A stretch of 63,910 bases of DNA, the filler included, from Choristocarpus tenellus KU-1152 (Eukaryota; Protista; Phaeophyceae), in assembly GCA_964200185.2 (NCBI GenBank). It is 10 parts of 10 records of this genome, joined end to end, with 100 filler letters (N's around TTAATTAATTAA, not from the genome) between each part and the next. Parts side by side here need not be neighbours in the genome. Positions count along the whole stretch, not along the records: positions 10,338 to 17,797 come from CAXNAD020006118.1; positions 17,898 to 25,723 come from CAXNAD020005530.1; positions 25,824 to 30,069 come from CAXNAD020015501.1; 7 more parts are not named here. One strand, 5' to 3'. Positions 12,743 through 25,926 of the stretch are shown here, one piece after another. The notes beneath the pieces were generated by a model that saw only the letters and a program-made list of their open reading frames with translations, searched no databases and was not told the origin of the DNA. Each line of letters begins with the position of its first letter. The stretch's first letter is position 1. The position numbers and the translations under genes are program-made.

Positions 12743-15700
12743 TTGGCCTGGGTGATGTAATCGAGTGAGTCAAAAGTCAAGGAGAGATGCCCATGTTTTG
12801 GTCGTTTTTCATTTGAAGTTACCCTTATTTGTCCTCTGAGATTCTCACATAATCATATTGATTAAAGTACTAAGATTGACTTCAAAAGCGTTGATTTCTC
12901 TATTGATTATTAATTTTTGAAAGGTTTTTAAAATTCCCCTACACAAGTTTGTAACAAAAAGCCATAATTTGCACCTATTTGTCAGCAGCATCCTTAGAAT
13001 GCATCCCTGGGTACCCATTGCTTACTTCGACTCAGTTACCAAGAGTTTGAACAGGGGGGCATCTCGTGGAAACCGTTGTTATTTTTGCAATTTTACGTGA
13101 GCATGCTCGTGAAACATGGGGGGTGTTTTGAACTCCTCCTATCCTGCGGACACTCCATCAAGAGCTATCCTGTGCAATAGTTAACACAAGAGTACTCTCT
13201 TGTCTCCCAAGTCACGACCAGGGACTATTCTCAAACTATGTGCGAGGATTGTTCTCGGAGGAGTATTCTCAAAGTACTGTTGTTCTGATGTTTTTCCGAA
13301 AAATATGGAAAAGCCTCTTTTTGTGCTTTATCATACTACAGAGGATATTCGAACCTTCATTGTCCGTGGTCAGGATTGTTTTATCTCCCATGTCACCAGG
13401 CAATCACTAACCTTCACACCTACCCTGACACCCTCCCAGCTGTACCTTCAACAAGGATTGTGCCACACCCTTGACCACCAAGCATCTGCTGCCCTCTCTC
13501 CCCCTTCCGCAAATTCCTCCTGCTCTCCTTTGCCCCACACCTTCCACTTCCCTCTGGACTTCAGCCTGATAGTTGAGCTTCGAATGTTAACAGCGGGAGG
13601 GGGCATTGGGCGCACCAACCATGTCGCTCACTTTGGCGGAGTGACTGCAGGTCCGTGATAGTGAACCTTGTGTCCTAGAATAGCCCTATGCTCGAGAACT
13701 CTCTAGGTTTAGTAAGTGAAAGAGCAGAAGGCTGTAGAGACCATTACTTTCCAAAACCTTCATTGGCTCCGGGCTCAGAGCGTATGGTGTTGGGTTCAAA
13801 AACGTGTCGGCCTTCACTTTCGGCTCATTTTATTTTTATGGTACAAGTTGTCCGGTACGTTTTTGTGCTCTTGGTTGTTGATACATATTAGTAGTGGTAG
13901 GTGTGATGTGTGGGGTATACAGTGCACTCTGGACTTGAGTGTATAGGCACTTCATAGTGCTAGGTAGCGCCTGTGCACTCTCCTGAAGCATGCATGTATT
14001 GCCCAGTGCTGTAGAGTTCTAGTGCTGACTTTAGTGCTGTGGATAAGGTGTGTACCCGGAACCTTCCGGGTAAATGGTTCGAACCATTATATGGCATATG
14101 CTTACCTCGAAACAATAATTGATGAAGTGTGCTATACACACTGAGTACTTGGCTGTGTCCAAAGGACTTCCATGCTTTTGTTTCTAGACCGTGTGTAGGA
14201 TATGCACACCTTGACGCCGATATTTTGTGTGTAGTCCTGACTGAGTAGCTGGTATTCTGCTAAAGGAAATTTCGAATGTCTAGTCGTTTTTGTACGGTGT
14301 GGATGTATTGCACCACGGTACATTGCGCCACGGTACAATGCCTTCGATTTTTCACACTGTACCTTTTGAGAGTGATCGATAATGCAGGGTTTGCTGTTCT
14401 GCCTCCTTCCTATCCTTTGCTCCCCTTGTGTTTTGTAGGGTTTTTTTGGTTATCAAACATATCATACTGGGGTCTTCTCATGCTTGTTCACCCCTCGCTG
14501 ATCATGTAAGAATATGTGCCAGTAGTGCTTTCCATCTTTTGGAAATGTGTGCTGGATACAATGTGAAATGCTGATGGTTGGTGACTGCCAATATATTTCG
14601 GCATGTCTTGTGCCTTGGAGTCCCTATCCCCCAATATCCCGCTCTGTCGTGAGCATTCTTGAGGGTGGGGGATGAGAAAGGTTGCTCATGAGATGGCTTG
14701 AGCCTGGCCCCCTAGCCCTTCCTCCCAAAACCTGTGACTTTGTCCCATTCTTCTCTTTGCCCCTCTTTAGCCACTGCTTAACAACCCCACTCATTCAATG
14801 ACGTTTTTGAGTACCCAATACACCCTTGAGCCATCCAATGTTTGACCTTTTTGTCCACCCCCCCCCTTTTACACATGCTAAAGATTGTGGTTGAGTTCAA
14901 CTATTTCTGCTTATGTTGGACTATTTGCATCTATGCATACATCCTGTTTGGTGATGGCCACGAGATTTTTCTTTCCCTTTTCTTGTCTAGTGATTTTTTC
15001 CAGTCTCACTCTCTCCCAGACCCTACCACGATACCAGTACTTCCCAGCATCTATGGTGTGGTGGGATAAGCTACTCAGATGTTTGGAATTCTTTGTCTTT
15101 TGATTCCAAGTCCACCCTACCAATTTTCCTTGATCACGTTGTTTTTTCTCAGGTGCACTGCTGATTTTGACTGTTCGAAGAGCGTTGTCACCAGCCAGGA
15201 CTGACCAGCAATACTAACTCTATCGTAGGTCAAAGACATGACTGTCTGCATGAGCTATTTTAACTGGCTTACGTTTACCTGTACGCTTTAGGGGATATGG
15301 AGGTAATGAGAGGAGAGGGAAGTGGGAGTAAAGAGCAACCTTCTGTGGAAGGAAGCTGTTTTTACTTTGAACCACCTCTCATCTCTCAGTGAATGTGAAG
15401 TTCGTATGTGGTGCCTTCATTTTCGTTTCTCTATCAGGGTTCACTATTATCACAAGGTAGATATAGAGCACACTTAGCAGGGTGAGGGTAATGTTGTCCA
15501 GTATTCAATTGTATCCTATGCTTTACTTGGGGTTCTTTGCCCTTCTGAGATCTGGTCACCAATGTTGATACTTTCGTTTTCAGGATGGCAGTAGAGGTTT
15601 GAGGGAAGTATTCAACTGTCTTGTTCAGCATTGGTGAGGTGGCTTTGACTGACAAAAGAGAGTGTTTATATGTCGGTTAGGTGCATATCACACTCCATAG

Positions 15701-17897
15701 TAGTATTCTCTAGGGGTGGGGGGAAGGAGAAGGTTGGTTGCTGTTTCATTCACAATTCACCAAAAACTCGGAGCGCTACATACCCTCTAGCAATGATATT
15801 GCCTATTTTAGGGTTTTTGTTCACTGTGGCAAGAGGAGAGAAGGTGTAGGGGTGCTTGCTCTTGTCTAAGTTCATATGGCACGATTGGGAACTCACCTAT
15901 GGATAACAATTTGGAAGTGAGACGAGAAGCTTTCATTACTCAGGAGAAACAATTGAGGATCTTGTTTTGGAAAAATTGGTTTCAGGATGTTTGTAGCTCT
16001 TCTTGTAAGAACCCTGGTCCACACCCTCTGCAAATGTTGCGACACAATTGTATACTCACTAGATCAAGAAAGACAAGAGCATGGGTGGAGTGTGGAGTTG
16101 TCGCTGTGTAGAGCCAATATATCTGCCCTGTGAAGTTGTGTTATGATACCGTGGCCACTGTATCCATTGCTACCTCTTCCTTTCATGTATGATGGGAGAA
16201 ATTGTACACTTGGGAATTTGCAGGTCAATGACCGCAAGAGGAAAACTGTTGTGTGACCTATGCAAAAGTAGGTCGAGCATCGTTTTAGGTTCTTCACTCT
16301 TAGATGGATCTCGTGAATGGTGGAGGTGGGGCTTACCGCCGGTCCCTATTTCAGTAAATGAGATGTCTGTCATTGCTCCCACCGTACACTTTTATGTGTT
16401 GACTAGTTCATGACATGGGAAGTACTCTTTACAACCTGGTTCATCCCACTGAACGTTTTGGGTGGTGTACAATGACAGTGGAGAGGACCTGAGCAATACA
16501 TGCATTCCTTGGTGCCTTGTAGGAAAGACTTGAGTGCAATGTGTAGTATGCCCTCATGTAGTGCTCTCCATGGCAACCTTTGTATGATCGAGTGGCCTAA
16601 ACATGATTTTATCCATCGTCTCCTCTGTAGCTCCCCCCTCTTTAGCCTAATTTGCAATCCATCCTAAAGGTAAATGGATCATCAAGGGTAACCACAGTAG
16701 AGACTTCCTGCATCGTCATAACTGAACTTTACCCTAAACATTGATATCATTTATCGGTTTTCTTTATAGCCCTCCAAAATAGGGGGAAAAAAAACTGTAC
16801 CTCAAGTCATGAATATTTCTATCAGTCATCTATACATAGCCTTTGTGAGTGCCCTACATGCCCAGATTCGAACTCAATCTTCATTTTTTTTTTATGTATT
16901 TCTCTCTTCACTGCGATTACGAATTTTATCTGCCCTACACAATATTCTCATCATGAGTGATCTGAGCATTGTCCTGTTCCACATTGCCCTCTCGAGTGCC
17001 CTCTATGATGTTTGCTCACATGCATACTCTTTCCATTTCCAATTTATAGTTTATCTCCATCTATGTTCTGCATACTGCCCCATATACTTCCGTTTACCAT
17101 ATTCCCTATTGCTTACTACAGTATCATTTAACATAGATTCCCCACCAGGATTTCAACCAAACAATTAAGACGTTTGCATTTTCGAGGTAGCGTGGTCGAA
17201 CAATATGACAACCTCCCAACAAGTCACTAACGCATCAGAACAACCTTCCACAACAATAATTCATCATGTATGGTCTTCGACTATAATGAACCCTCAACCT
17301 TAGCCCTAACCCCAACTCCTACAAGATGGATAGGAGACATCGTTCTTGAAAATATTTGAACAAATAGTAATCGGTTGATAGATAGCTTTAGCCTCCAATT
17401 GGTGTAAAGAAATTTATCAAGGTACACAAGAGACTGCTCATTTTGCATACATACGCCTGCCATCACCCATTTGACCTTCTGCGCCAAACGTTTTGGTGTT
17501 TCGGGCATGACCCCCACAACCACATTGTCAAGAAAATTAATCTTGATCCTCAATGTTTCTCAAAGAATGAGGAGGTTGGTAGGTCCTGATCAAGTATGTG
17601 TGGAGATGTCTGACACCGGTTCCTATATCCATAGCTTTGAATCTAGCAACAGCTGCACACAAGTTCATGGTTCTGGTGCCTACGCCACCTGTGTGTGGTG
17701 TTAAAACATAGGCTACTCATTTGTTCCTTGTTGATATGATACACATCTACCAGCTTGTACTGACTGTTGATTGGTGCACTGCACTGGTTGTTAGTGTNNN
17801 NNNNNNNNNNNNNNNNNNNNNNNNNNNNNNNNNNNNNNNNNTTAATTAATTAANNNNNNNNNNNNNNNNNNNNNNNNNNNNNNNNNNNNNNNNNNNN

Positions 17898-20800
17898 AGT
17901 GAATCCTTTGCACAGCCCCCTCATGCCACCCAAGGCGTGGTGCAGTCTGGCCATGTTGAGCTCTACACGATGAAGGAAACTATTTAGCTCTGCAGGGACA
18001 ATACCAGTCGTCCTCAAGTCCCCAAGGAAAAACGCCTTCTGTCGGAATGAGGTCTTCACCCCCTCCCCCTCCCCCTCCTCGATATTATCTCCAGCGACAG
18101 ATCCCTCTGAAGCTCCAGCTGCCGGCCCCAACCACCGAGAGCTGAAGTCCCACCCTGACTCCGCTGCTGCTGCCAGCTCTTGGCAACAGCCCAAGACACC
18201 CACCTTCCATGCATTCCTGTCCCCTAACCCTGAACCACATGCCCCGACCTCGGCATTTTTTTCATTGACCTGGTCATCATGGTATGCTACATGTGTATCC
18301 ATGTATGTTACAGCATCCTCTCGAAAGGCCTCTGGGCGAGGTCGCAGGGCCATTCCTCTTGATGTTAGGCTGGGCCCACCCCAGTACCGGTTCAGGACAA
18401 CAATTGGAGATGGTGCTGGGGAGCGGAGGGAGGAGTGGGGGGACACGCAGGGGATTTCAACCGCCCGTCCTAGGTTTTGGTCCATCCAGAAGGCGTACTC
18501 CAGCTCCTGTTGAACAAAAATTATAAAAATACAAAACCGTTTGCGTGGAAGAGTAAGGCACGATTGAAGATTGTCCTGGCGGCTTATCACACGAGCTGGT
18601 CCTCACTTGAGTCTTTCTTGAGGACAATCAAACAAGCCCCCCCCCGCCCACAAGCAGGCAATGCGTGAATCCTCTTTAGGACAAGCTTTTATCACAACTA
18701 CTAAAAGAAGCAAATTGGAAGGCACTTGCACTGCTCATCGTCCAGCAAACTCCACCTCCCGATTAGAAAAAAAACGTCTGCATTCTGCTGCACACCTGAT
18801 TGGACTGCAAACCCTCTCTCTCTACTTGCCACTCTCACCAGGGTTGGGAGTGCACGGCTCAGGAAGGTGATATCAGGACAAGCAGTGTACACATCGCAGA
18901 CCATATCTGAGAGCAATGGAGGCTGACTTCGTTCTGTGTAGTACAGTCGCCCACCGTTTGGCACAAAGCTGGTTTTCCAATGCAATTGGCGTGTGTAAGG
19001 GCATACATGCACACGAGTTTCAGTTACGTGCAGTGAGTGTAGTGCAGGGGGGGGTGATGGGAATAAGTTGGTTTCATGTCCTATCATACCGGAGTTCTCC
19101 ACGTTTCAGCGTTGGCAAGAGGGGGACAACGCAACATGCACCAATAACATGGCCAAATGCATGCTGCTTTGGTAACTACTTTGTACCTCTGCTATGATGC
19201 ACTAGCGCAAGGTAGCTCAGGTGAAGCAGTACACATCACCCTTCTCATACCCACACATCTCTTTTCCAATTCCAACACAGTCGAATGTCGCAGGTTTATT
19301 TATTGATGTGTTTTCGACTGGAAACAAGAATAAAAATTCATAACAAAAAAAAAAGGTCCCACTGAGAGTAGCTCAACGCCATCATATCCTGTTTGATAAA
19401 ATTCGTACCGGACCTCGTTGAATGTCCATGGTTCAAGAAAAAAATTTATATATATACATATATATATTCAGTCGTTTCAGAAAAAAAAGGAGGCTCATTG
19501 CACTCTCTTTCTCCCACATCAACACGGAAGGGGCAGGGCAGACTGCAAGACAAAACAATCCACTAGCTCATTGCTATGTATGGACTTTTCAACCAGGCTG
19601 TATGTTACCTTTTGCCATGGTGTGCCCTATCCTTCAACAAAAGGTACCGTAAGATTGTTTTTGCTGTTCGATTCGATGCTTCACATGAAAAAAAAGAAAA
19701 AAAAGAGAATTTTCTTACCACTCCTTCTTTGCACGCACACATAAGCATCACAAGAGTCTCCTCACCCAAACTGGTCCACATCGTCCAGGAGGTTCAGCAC
19801 GGCGCCCCTAGCAGTTTCTACCATGCCAGACACCAGCAAGCCTCTGTTTCATGGATGATCATCCAATCAAGGTCGTGCAGTTGTCATACAAGGTGAGAGA
19901 GACATGAAATGGATTCTGTGTGTGTAGGGAAATGGTATGGGGTTTGGTCAAGAGATTTGGTGCGAGTTTTTCGTCACTGCTTGTGTACTCTTGGTTCTTA
20001 AAAATTTGCATTTTGGTCAAATATTTCCAACTTCCACTGGGAGTTCTTACTCTTCTACACGAGAAAAGACCACATATTATTATTATTATAATACACACCT
20101 TTTTCAAGACCTTTTTCTTCTTCCTAACGGTTGTTGATCACCAGTACAGGAGGAGAACATTCAAGTTTCCTCCACAACAAACTCTCTTGACCCACTCAGT
20201 ACAAAAAACCCCAATAATATAAAAAAGAATGAACAGTTACGCACGCTTGTGCTTCGAACCAAACAACGGCACTACAAGAAAGAAAAACCAAATAAATACT
20301 ATTGCATCGAACAGGAAATTTTTTTACCAACAACCCCTCAAAGAATTATCATTCAAACCTGCCCAGGGTAGAGAACACCTCACAGTTCCAGAACGAACAC
20401 AGAACCTTGAGCATTAATTATACCGACTTTTGAACTATGAAAGTGTGGTGCACACATAAGGGCTACATAGGGACTTAAACCGTACCTCACAGTCCAGAAC
20501 GTGTCCCAGTAGTATGACTCTCTGAATCTACCCCCTGGCACAACCACAGGGTGATGCCGTGACAGGAGTGAATACCTCTGAGGGTGGACAATGACGTCAG
20601 CCTCTACGCGGCGAACCAGGTTTGGCCACAGCGAGTGCATTCCTTTGGCCCAGGCCCTGAACACAAGGATAGTAAGATAATGAGCAGGGGACTGGGGGGA
20701 AGGGGATTGAGGGCAATTATTTCCATCAATGTATGGTTCTTCTATGGAGTGTAAACGAGAGAGGATCATGCTGAACACAGGAACACCCCTTACCTCTCCT

Positions 20801-21735
20801 TTGGATCTGATATTATTTCTAGGAACGCCGGCTCAGGGTCATAGTCCGGGGGGAAGCAGGGGGTCATGTCACTTCCCGCTTCGTTGAAATTTTCATGAAT
20901 GAACTTCGACAGCTGGGGGAAGAGGCACACAAAAAAAATCACGTATCAGGGGCACGAACACGGCTACAGGACAAGTCGTTGGGAAAAATGATCCCTATAT
21001 TGAGGGTTTGGAAGAGTGTAGTGGGAGGAAAATTGGGATGGTATTTGACACCCCCAAACCGCCTGTCCTTCAGACAGAAGGGAATGACGGTTTTAGCCTA
21101 GCAAGGCGAAGCTAGGGGAAGGCAAAGTCTGTGGCTGAAGGTGGGGGCAGAGAAGGATGTACTCTGTTGACATGGGGGTCGAAGCAGTGTGAGTACGTGC
21201 GTGAATGTTTGTAAGCATAACTCTTTATTTCTTCCCGTGCATGTTCATGTTCATCCGTGTGCGTGGCCTCATGATATGCGCACCTACGCCTGGTAAGAGA
21301 AACTAACATGGAAACAAGTGTAGCAAGTGATAGGAGCAAGCGGTCACTAGGAGACAGCGATTAGTCAGACGGATTCTCATGGGTACCTTGACAGGGTCTT
21401 CCTTCTCCATCTCACCCAAGGCAGCAAACGCTCTTAGTATCTCCTCGGGATCCTGGGAATTTGACAAGTCCACCAGTCAGAGAAGTGTTTGACGATGGGC
21501 ATTGACGGCAATATCAACATATTTTGATGCCACTTACCCTCTTCATTGGCATATCAACGAAAGTTTTGCACTCGGGGAAGATTCCAGACATCTGCACTGC
21601 CTCGAGGAGCGGACCTTCGCAGTAAACACCCCAAGCGCGCTTCTGGGCAGGGGAACAGCCAAAACATAGCACCTTCGACAACAGAGTGCTAGTTCCTTTT
21701 CCTTGGTCGAGGAACTTTGAAATTTGTGGAGACAT
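17898..21735 (-). CDS. TREH: Trehalase (GH37), 3' end lost in spacer; exons 21538-21735, 21387-21452, 20794-20912, 20486-20656, 19766-19843, 18839-18968, <17898-18506
   Basis: All junctions GT-AG and phase-compatible. Motifs YCEGPLLEAVQ..KTFVDMP, VPGGRFRESYYWD, FVPNGGRLYYTERSQPP, RPRPEAFRED, AAESGWDFSSRW. Confidence 0.95.
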
Positions 21736-22792
21736 TAAGCCCAGCAGCCCTTCCAGGAGGGTAGCTTATCTAAATTCAGCAAAGACGTTGTGAACCCAAG
21801 ACACACCAACCTTGGAGGGGGGACACCGAGTACTAGGTTGGGTAGGGAAGATCGACAGTACCCGAGTGCAATACAAGATAGTACAGAGCAATCGGGAGTA
21901 CCGTAGGTGGTAGTTAATGTGTAGACTGTGTTGTAGCAATTCTCAAAAGATGTATTGAAGCCGTGGTTATCACCCTATGGTGGGGTGTTATGGTGGTTGT
22001 CGGGGTGGGGTGTCGTGGTGGGGTGTGTTGCGGAGTATGTTGTGGAGGGGATGTGGTTAAGAAAGGAGATGGAGATGCGTAGTTGTGTCTTTGTTCATCA
22101 ACAGAACCAAGTACAACAGTACAGTAGAAAAGAGATAGAGTAGTGATGATAATATAATTATATTATATACACGTATGTAGAGTAGAATTCGATCCGGTCC
22201 AGAATAATAATATGGTGTTGTCAGGGGTAATTCATTGTGTTTATTTGGATCGACCCTTCAACGCCAGTTTCAGGGGTAAATGGTGAAGACAGAAAGGAGT
22301 TTTCATGAGTGTAGATCCCCTTAACGCCAGTTTTCCATTGACGACATGCAGGTTTCGAAGATGCTTTGGACATAGCAAGAACAACGGATTCCCCACCTCA
22401 TTATTATCCTGTGTAAGTCCATTTACACCACAAAGCACCAGACCAAGATCGCACGGTGGAAACTTCTGAGTCGGTCAGGGAGAAGATTCGAGGGAGGAGA
22501 TCGAGTGACAAGAGTGGTAGGATTGCTTAACTTCTTACACAAGAAGAATCTAGTAATCTATAGACTGAATTTTGTGGTAGTGTGTAAGCCCTCTAACCAC
22601 GTCTCACGATCATTTTACCACTAATGTTGTGTGTTACAATATATATATATATATATATATATTCATAACACAATTTCTCCTTCCCAATGATCTTGAACTC
22701 CTCAATGTGACATGTATCAAACAAGAAATTATGTATGTACGTATGGAAGGGGTGTGAGAGGAACAGTGAAAAGTACGTTGCCTGATTAATTG

Positions 22793-25476
22793 ATGACGTT
22801 ATCCAGGGACAGATTGGTCCTTTCCGTTTACCTATGTGGGGTGGGATTACTAAGAGTGAGTCCCTTTTCTTACTGTGTCGAGCTGAGTATTAAGGTCGAA
22901 ATGAATCGATCATGTTTGCGTGTTGATCTTAATTCCTGTCTCCAATCAGCACCCTCCTTTTCCTTGCACAGGCAGATGGGTTTGTACACCAGGTTCAAAA
23001 GTACGGGTGCTATTTCCGTACTGATCTTGTGCGAGAAACCGCAAACTCTCGCCAATTCGTGAGCAATTTTCGTTCGAGGAATCCTGGACTTGTGCTTGGT
23101 CGACCACATACCCGGTTAAAGGTATCAGGAGTTGATAGGGAAAAAGGTCAAGGAAAAGAGAAAGGTGGGGATACAAGTGGGGATGGGGTGAATTCTCCGA
23201 ATCAGCCGGTGTACAGAGATCTGTACAATACAGTCATGGAGATGGTGAGAGGGGACATGGATGTTGAGAATTACTCCATACCCGAAGGTCTAGAGGGAAA
23301 CTCTGCAGTTGTGGGAGAGGGATCAAAAAACGAACAGGTAAATCTTGTCCATTTCAGGTCAAAGGAGACTGATGATGAATTCTCCGACTTGCATTGCCTT
23401 TTCTGTGTTGCCCCTCTTGCATACCACCCCACCCACTAACACTAGAATATTATGCAATTGTAGGGAGTATGCTTGCCCCATTAGTTGGTCTGCTGAGCAT
23501 CAGAGACCTTAATTTGCACCCTTCCCTAAATTCCCGCGCAGCACCACACTCCTCTTCGAAAAGCTGCTTTCTGAAGCGTGTGTTCCCTTCATCCCTACTC
23601 TCGTCCCAAAGTATTTGTAAACATAGGCGGGTACATATGCTGAATCAATATCTGGTGGATAATTACTTCTTCTACTACTCTGTACCCTCCATCCAAACTT
23701 TGCCCAGTGACTGCTACCCTGTCACCCCGCCCCTCCACCTCCTCGTGCTGACTATCCTCTCTCACCGTTACAATCGACCAGCGGGTGGACACCACCATCA
23801 CAGCGTTCAAGAGCCCAAAATTTCGTCAGATCCGTGCGGCATTGGTAGAATCAACCGGACCCACTCAAGTCCTTAATTTCGTCATGTTTCCAGACCCGAG
23901 GTGCACTAGTCTGTACATGATTTTCTTTGCTATTTTTGCAGCTAATTTTTTTTTCATCAGTGGTATTATCTCTTCAATTCATGCCAAAGTGTTACGAAGT
24001 ATATAACCTGCACAGCACAGAGTCTTTTGGAGACCACATAACTACAACGGCAGTATCTTCTGCATAGACATAGAATGAAAGTCTGGGTGTTGTAGGGTGT
24101 GTTACAGTAGAAGTGTTGCTTGTGTTGTGTGGCAAGTGCAAAGGTGTGGGAATTTTTTTGTGGTATTGAAGTCCTAGAATACATGCCCTTGATCATCTCT
24201 GAAGTGCTATTGTACTGCAATATAGGTCACCGCCTTGCAAAGGGGGCTGTGAGGAAATCAGAACACTCTTGAGTGATACTCTGTTGTACATGTTTACATC
24301 AATATATTGTTGTCATGAACTAGGAGTACCTTTTTCTTGTGGAGATTGAGCTAATCCTCGTTTAAACAATCCATGAATAGCAGAACATCAGAGCCTAAAC
24401 AGCCTGCAAAACACCCCACTCCTAACCTACAACTGTCACTGTGCCGTACAATGTTTGCTGAAGCATGATCCTCCTGTCTGACACTTCGTGGACCTTCTCA
24501 CTTGGTCCCAACCAAGAACGTAACTGACCATTTTTCAGCTAGTGCCCTGGGGAAGGGTTATACCAACAATTGCATCAACAGTTCAATCACCCTGTACATA
24601 TGGCGCTGGTAACAATAAATTGGTGCAATGCGTCAAACACCCTTCAGACCTCGAGCTCCCAGAAGTGAATATTTTTTTGTTCTGGTCCGTTAAGTAGGTA
24701 GTACCAACCACTGCGGCAATGGTTTGCTTCCGGTGCTTGCTCATGTACAGAGTGTTCATTATTATGTAGTGTGGGAAGAGTTGGTTCCACTGCCTGAGAT
24801 AACAGTCACTGGCTGCTTGACTTTCCACTGCATTCTCTGTTTTCAACAAGTTTTTCGGCTGAGGCTTGCTATAGTATCATTAAGCGAAATAGAGACCCTT
24901 TCTATGCAAGGACATACTGGCAAGGGTTAGGGTGAGACATCAACTAGGACTAGTTTGGTTGTACTGCCACGCAATCGCATGTGTGTTGTTTGTGTTTGTT
25001 TGGAGTTGAGCGCTTCTCGTGGCTTGTCTCAGGTACTCACCGCAAATGGGTGGTTGTCCACATCGCGACCAAATTCACCTCATCAGCGTTTCAAGCAAAC
25101 TCAACAAGTTGCTTTGTTTACTCTGTGCTTGTCTGTATCCACTGTTGCTCAACCGGCGTGTTTATGTGTCTGTCTGTTTGTGTGTCTGTATGTGTGTCTG
25201 TGCGTGTTTATGTGTGTTAAGTCTCATTGCAGCGAGGCACACATTTATTACGGAGGGCTCTACGCCGTTACAGGTGTATTGCCACTAAGAACAATTGAAG
25301 TATCTAACCACGACTTCGCTCATATGCATCGCCTTCCCCAGGTATGACATCCCTATCTTTGGTGCAGATCTGGTGACTCTTCCCGGGGCCCATCTGTTTC
25401 TCATCGATCTACAGCCTGCCAGACCAGGGCAGGCTTTGGATGGTCGCTGGAATGTTATGCTGGAGAAATTGAAAGG
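22793..25476 (+). CDS. pebB: Ferredoxin-dependent bilin reductase, PebB type, plastid-targeted, partial; exons 22793-22855, 22972-23337, 23782-23900, 25342-25476
   Basis: KFRQIRAA..QVLNFVMFPDPR|YDIPIFGADLVTLPGAHLFLIDLQP closely resembles cyanobacterial PebB. The N-terminus has a hydrophobic signal followed by ADG-F. Confidence 0.85.
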
Positions 25477-25926
25477 GTAGGAATAATCGGCTGGGGGATA
25501 GAAGAGTGGTGCTTCTGGTAAGAGAGCACTACATGGTTTCAAAACTGGGATTGGTTCTTGTTCTATTGTTCTAGATTTGAAATTCGCATGACTGAGGGGA
25601 GAGAGGGTTGTCTTCACCGTCTCTTATCTTCTTTTTTTGCGTTATCTTGAAGTGGGGGGGGGGGGGGGGGGGGGTCGTTTTACATTTGTGGTGTGTGAGG
25701 AAAAAGACTTTTTGAAAGGGGGGNNNNNNNNNNNNNNNNNNNNNNNNNNNNNNNNNNNNNNNNNNNNTTAATTAATTAANNNNNNNNNNNNNNNNNNNNN
25801 NNNNNNNNNNNNNNNNNNNNNNNCCCCCCCACCAGATACGTTGAACCACAAAAGTGCAAAACACAATATTTTTCCTGACTCTTCCTAGCCATGTTCTCCT
25901 TGATTTTGGAACACTTGATGTAATAC

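Noticed and set aside
10338-17797. Gene or retroelement in this contig piece
   Set aside because: Exon-like stretches (10381-10466, ~13707-13854) and short ORFs gave no recognisable motif; left uncalled.
19205-19260. tRNA/SINE-like GGTAGCTCAG A-box
   Set aside because: No B-box or cloverleaf follows.
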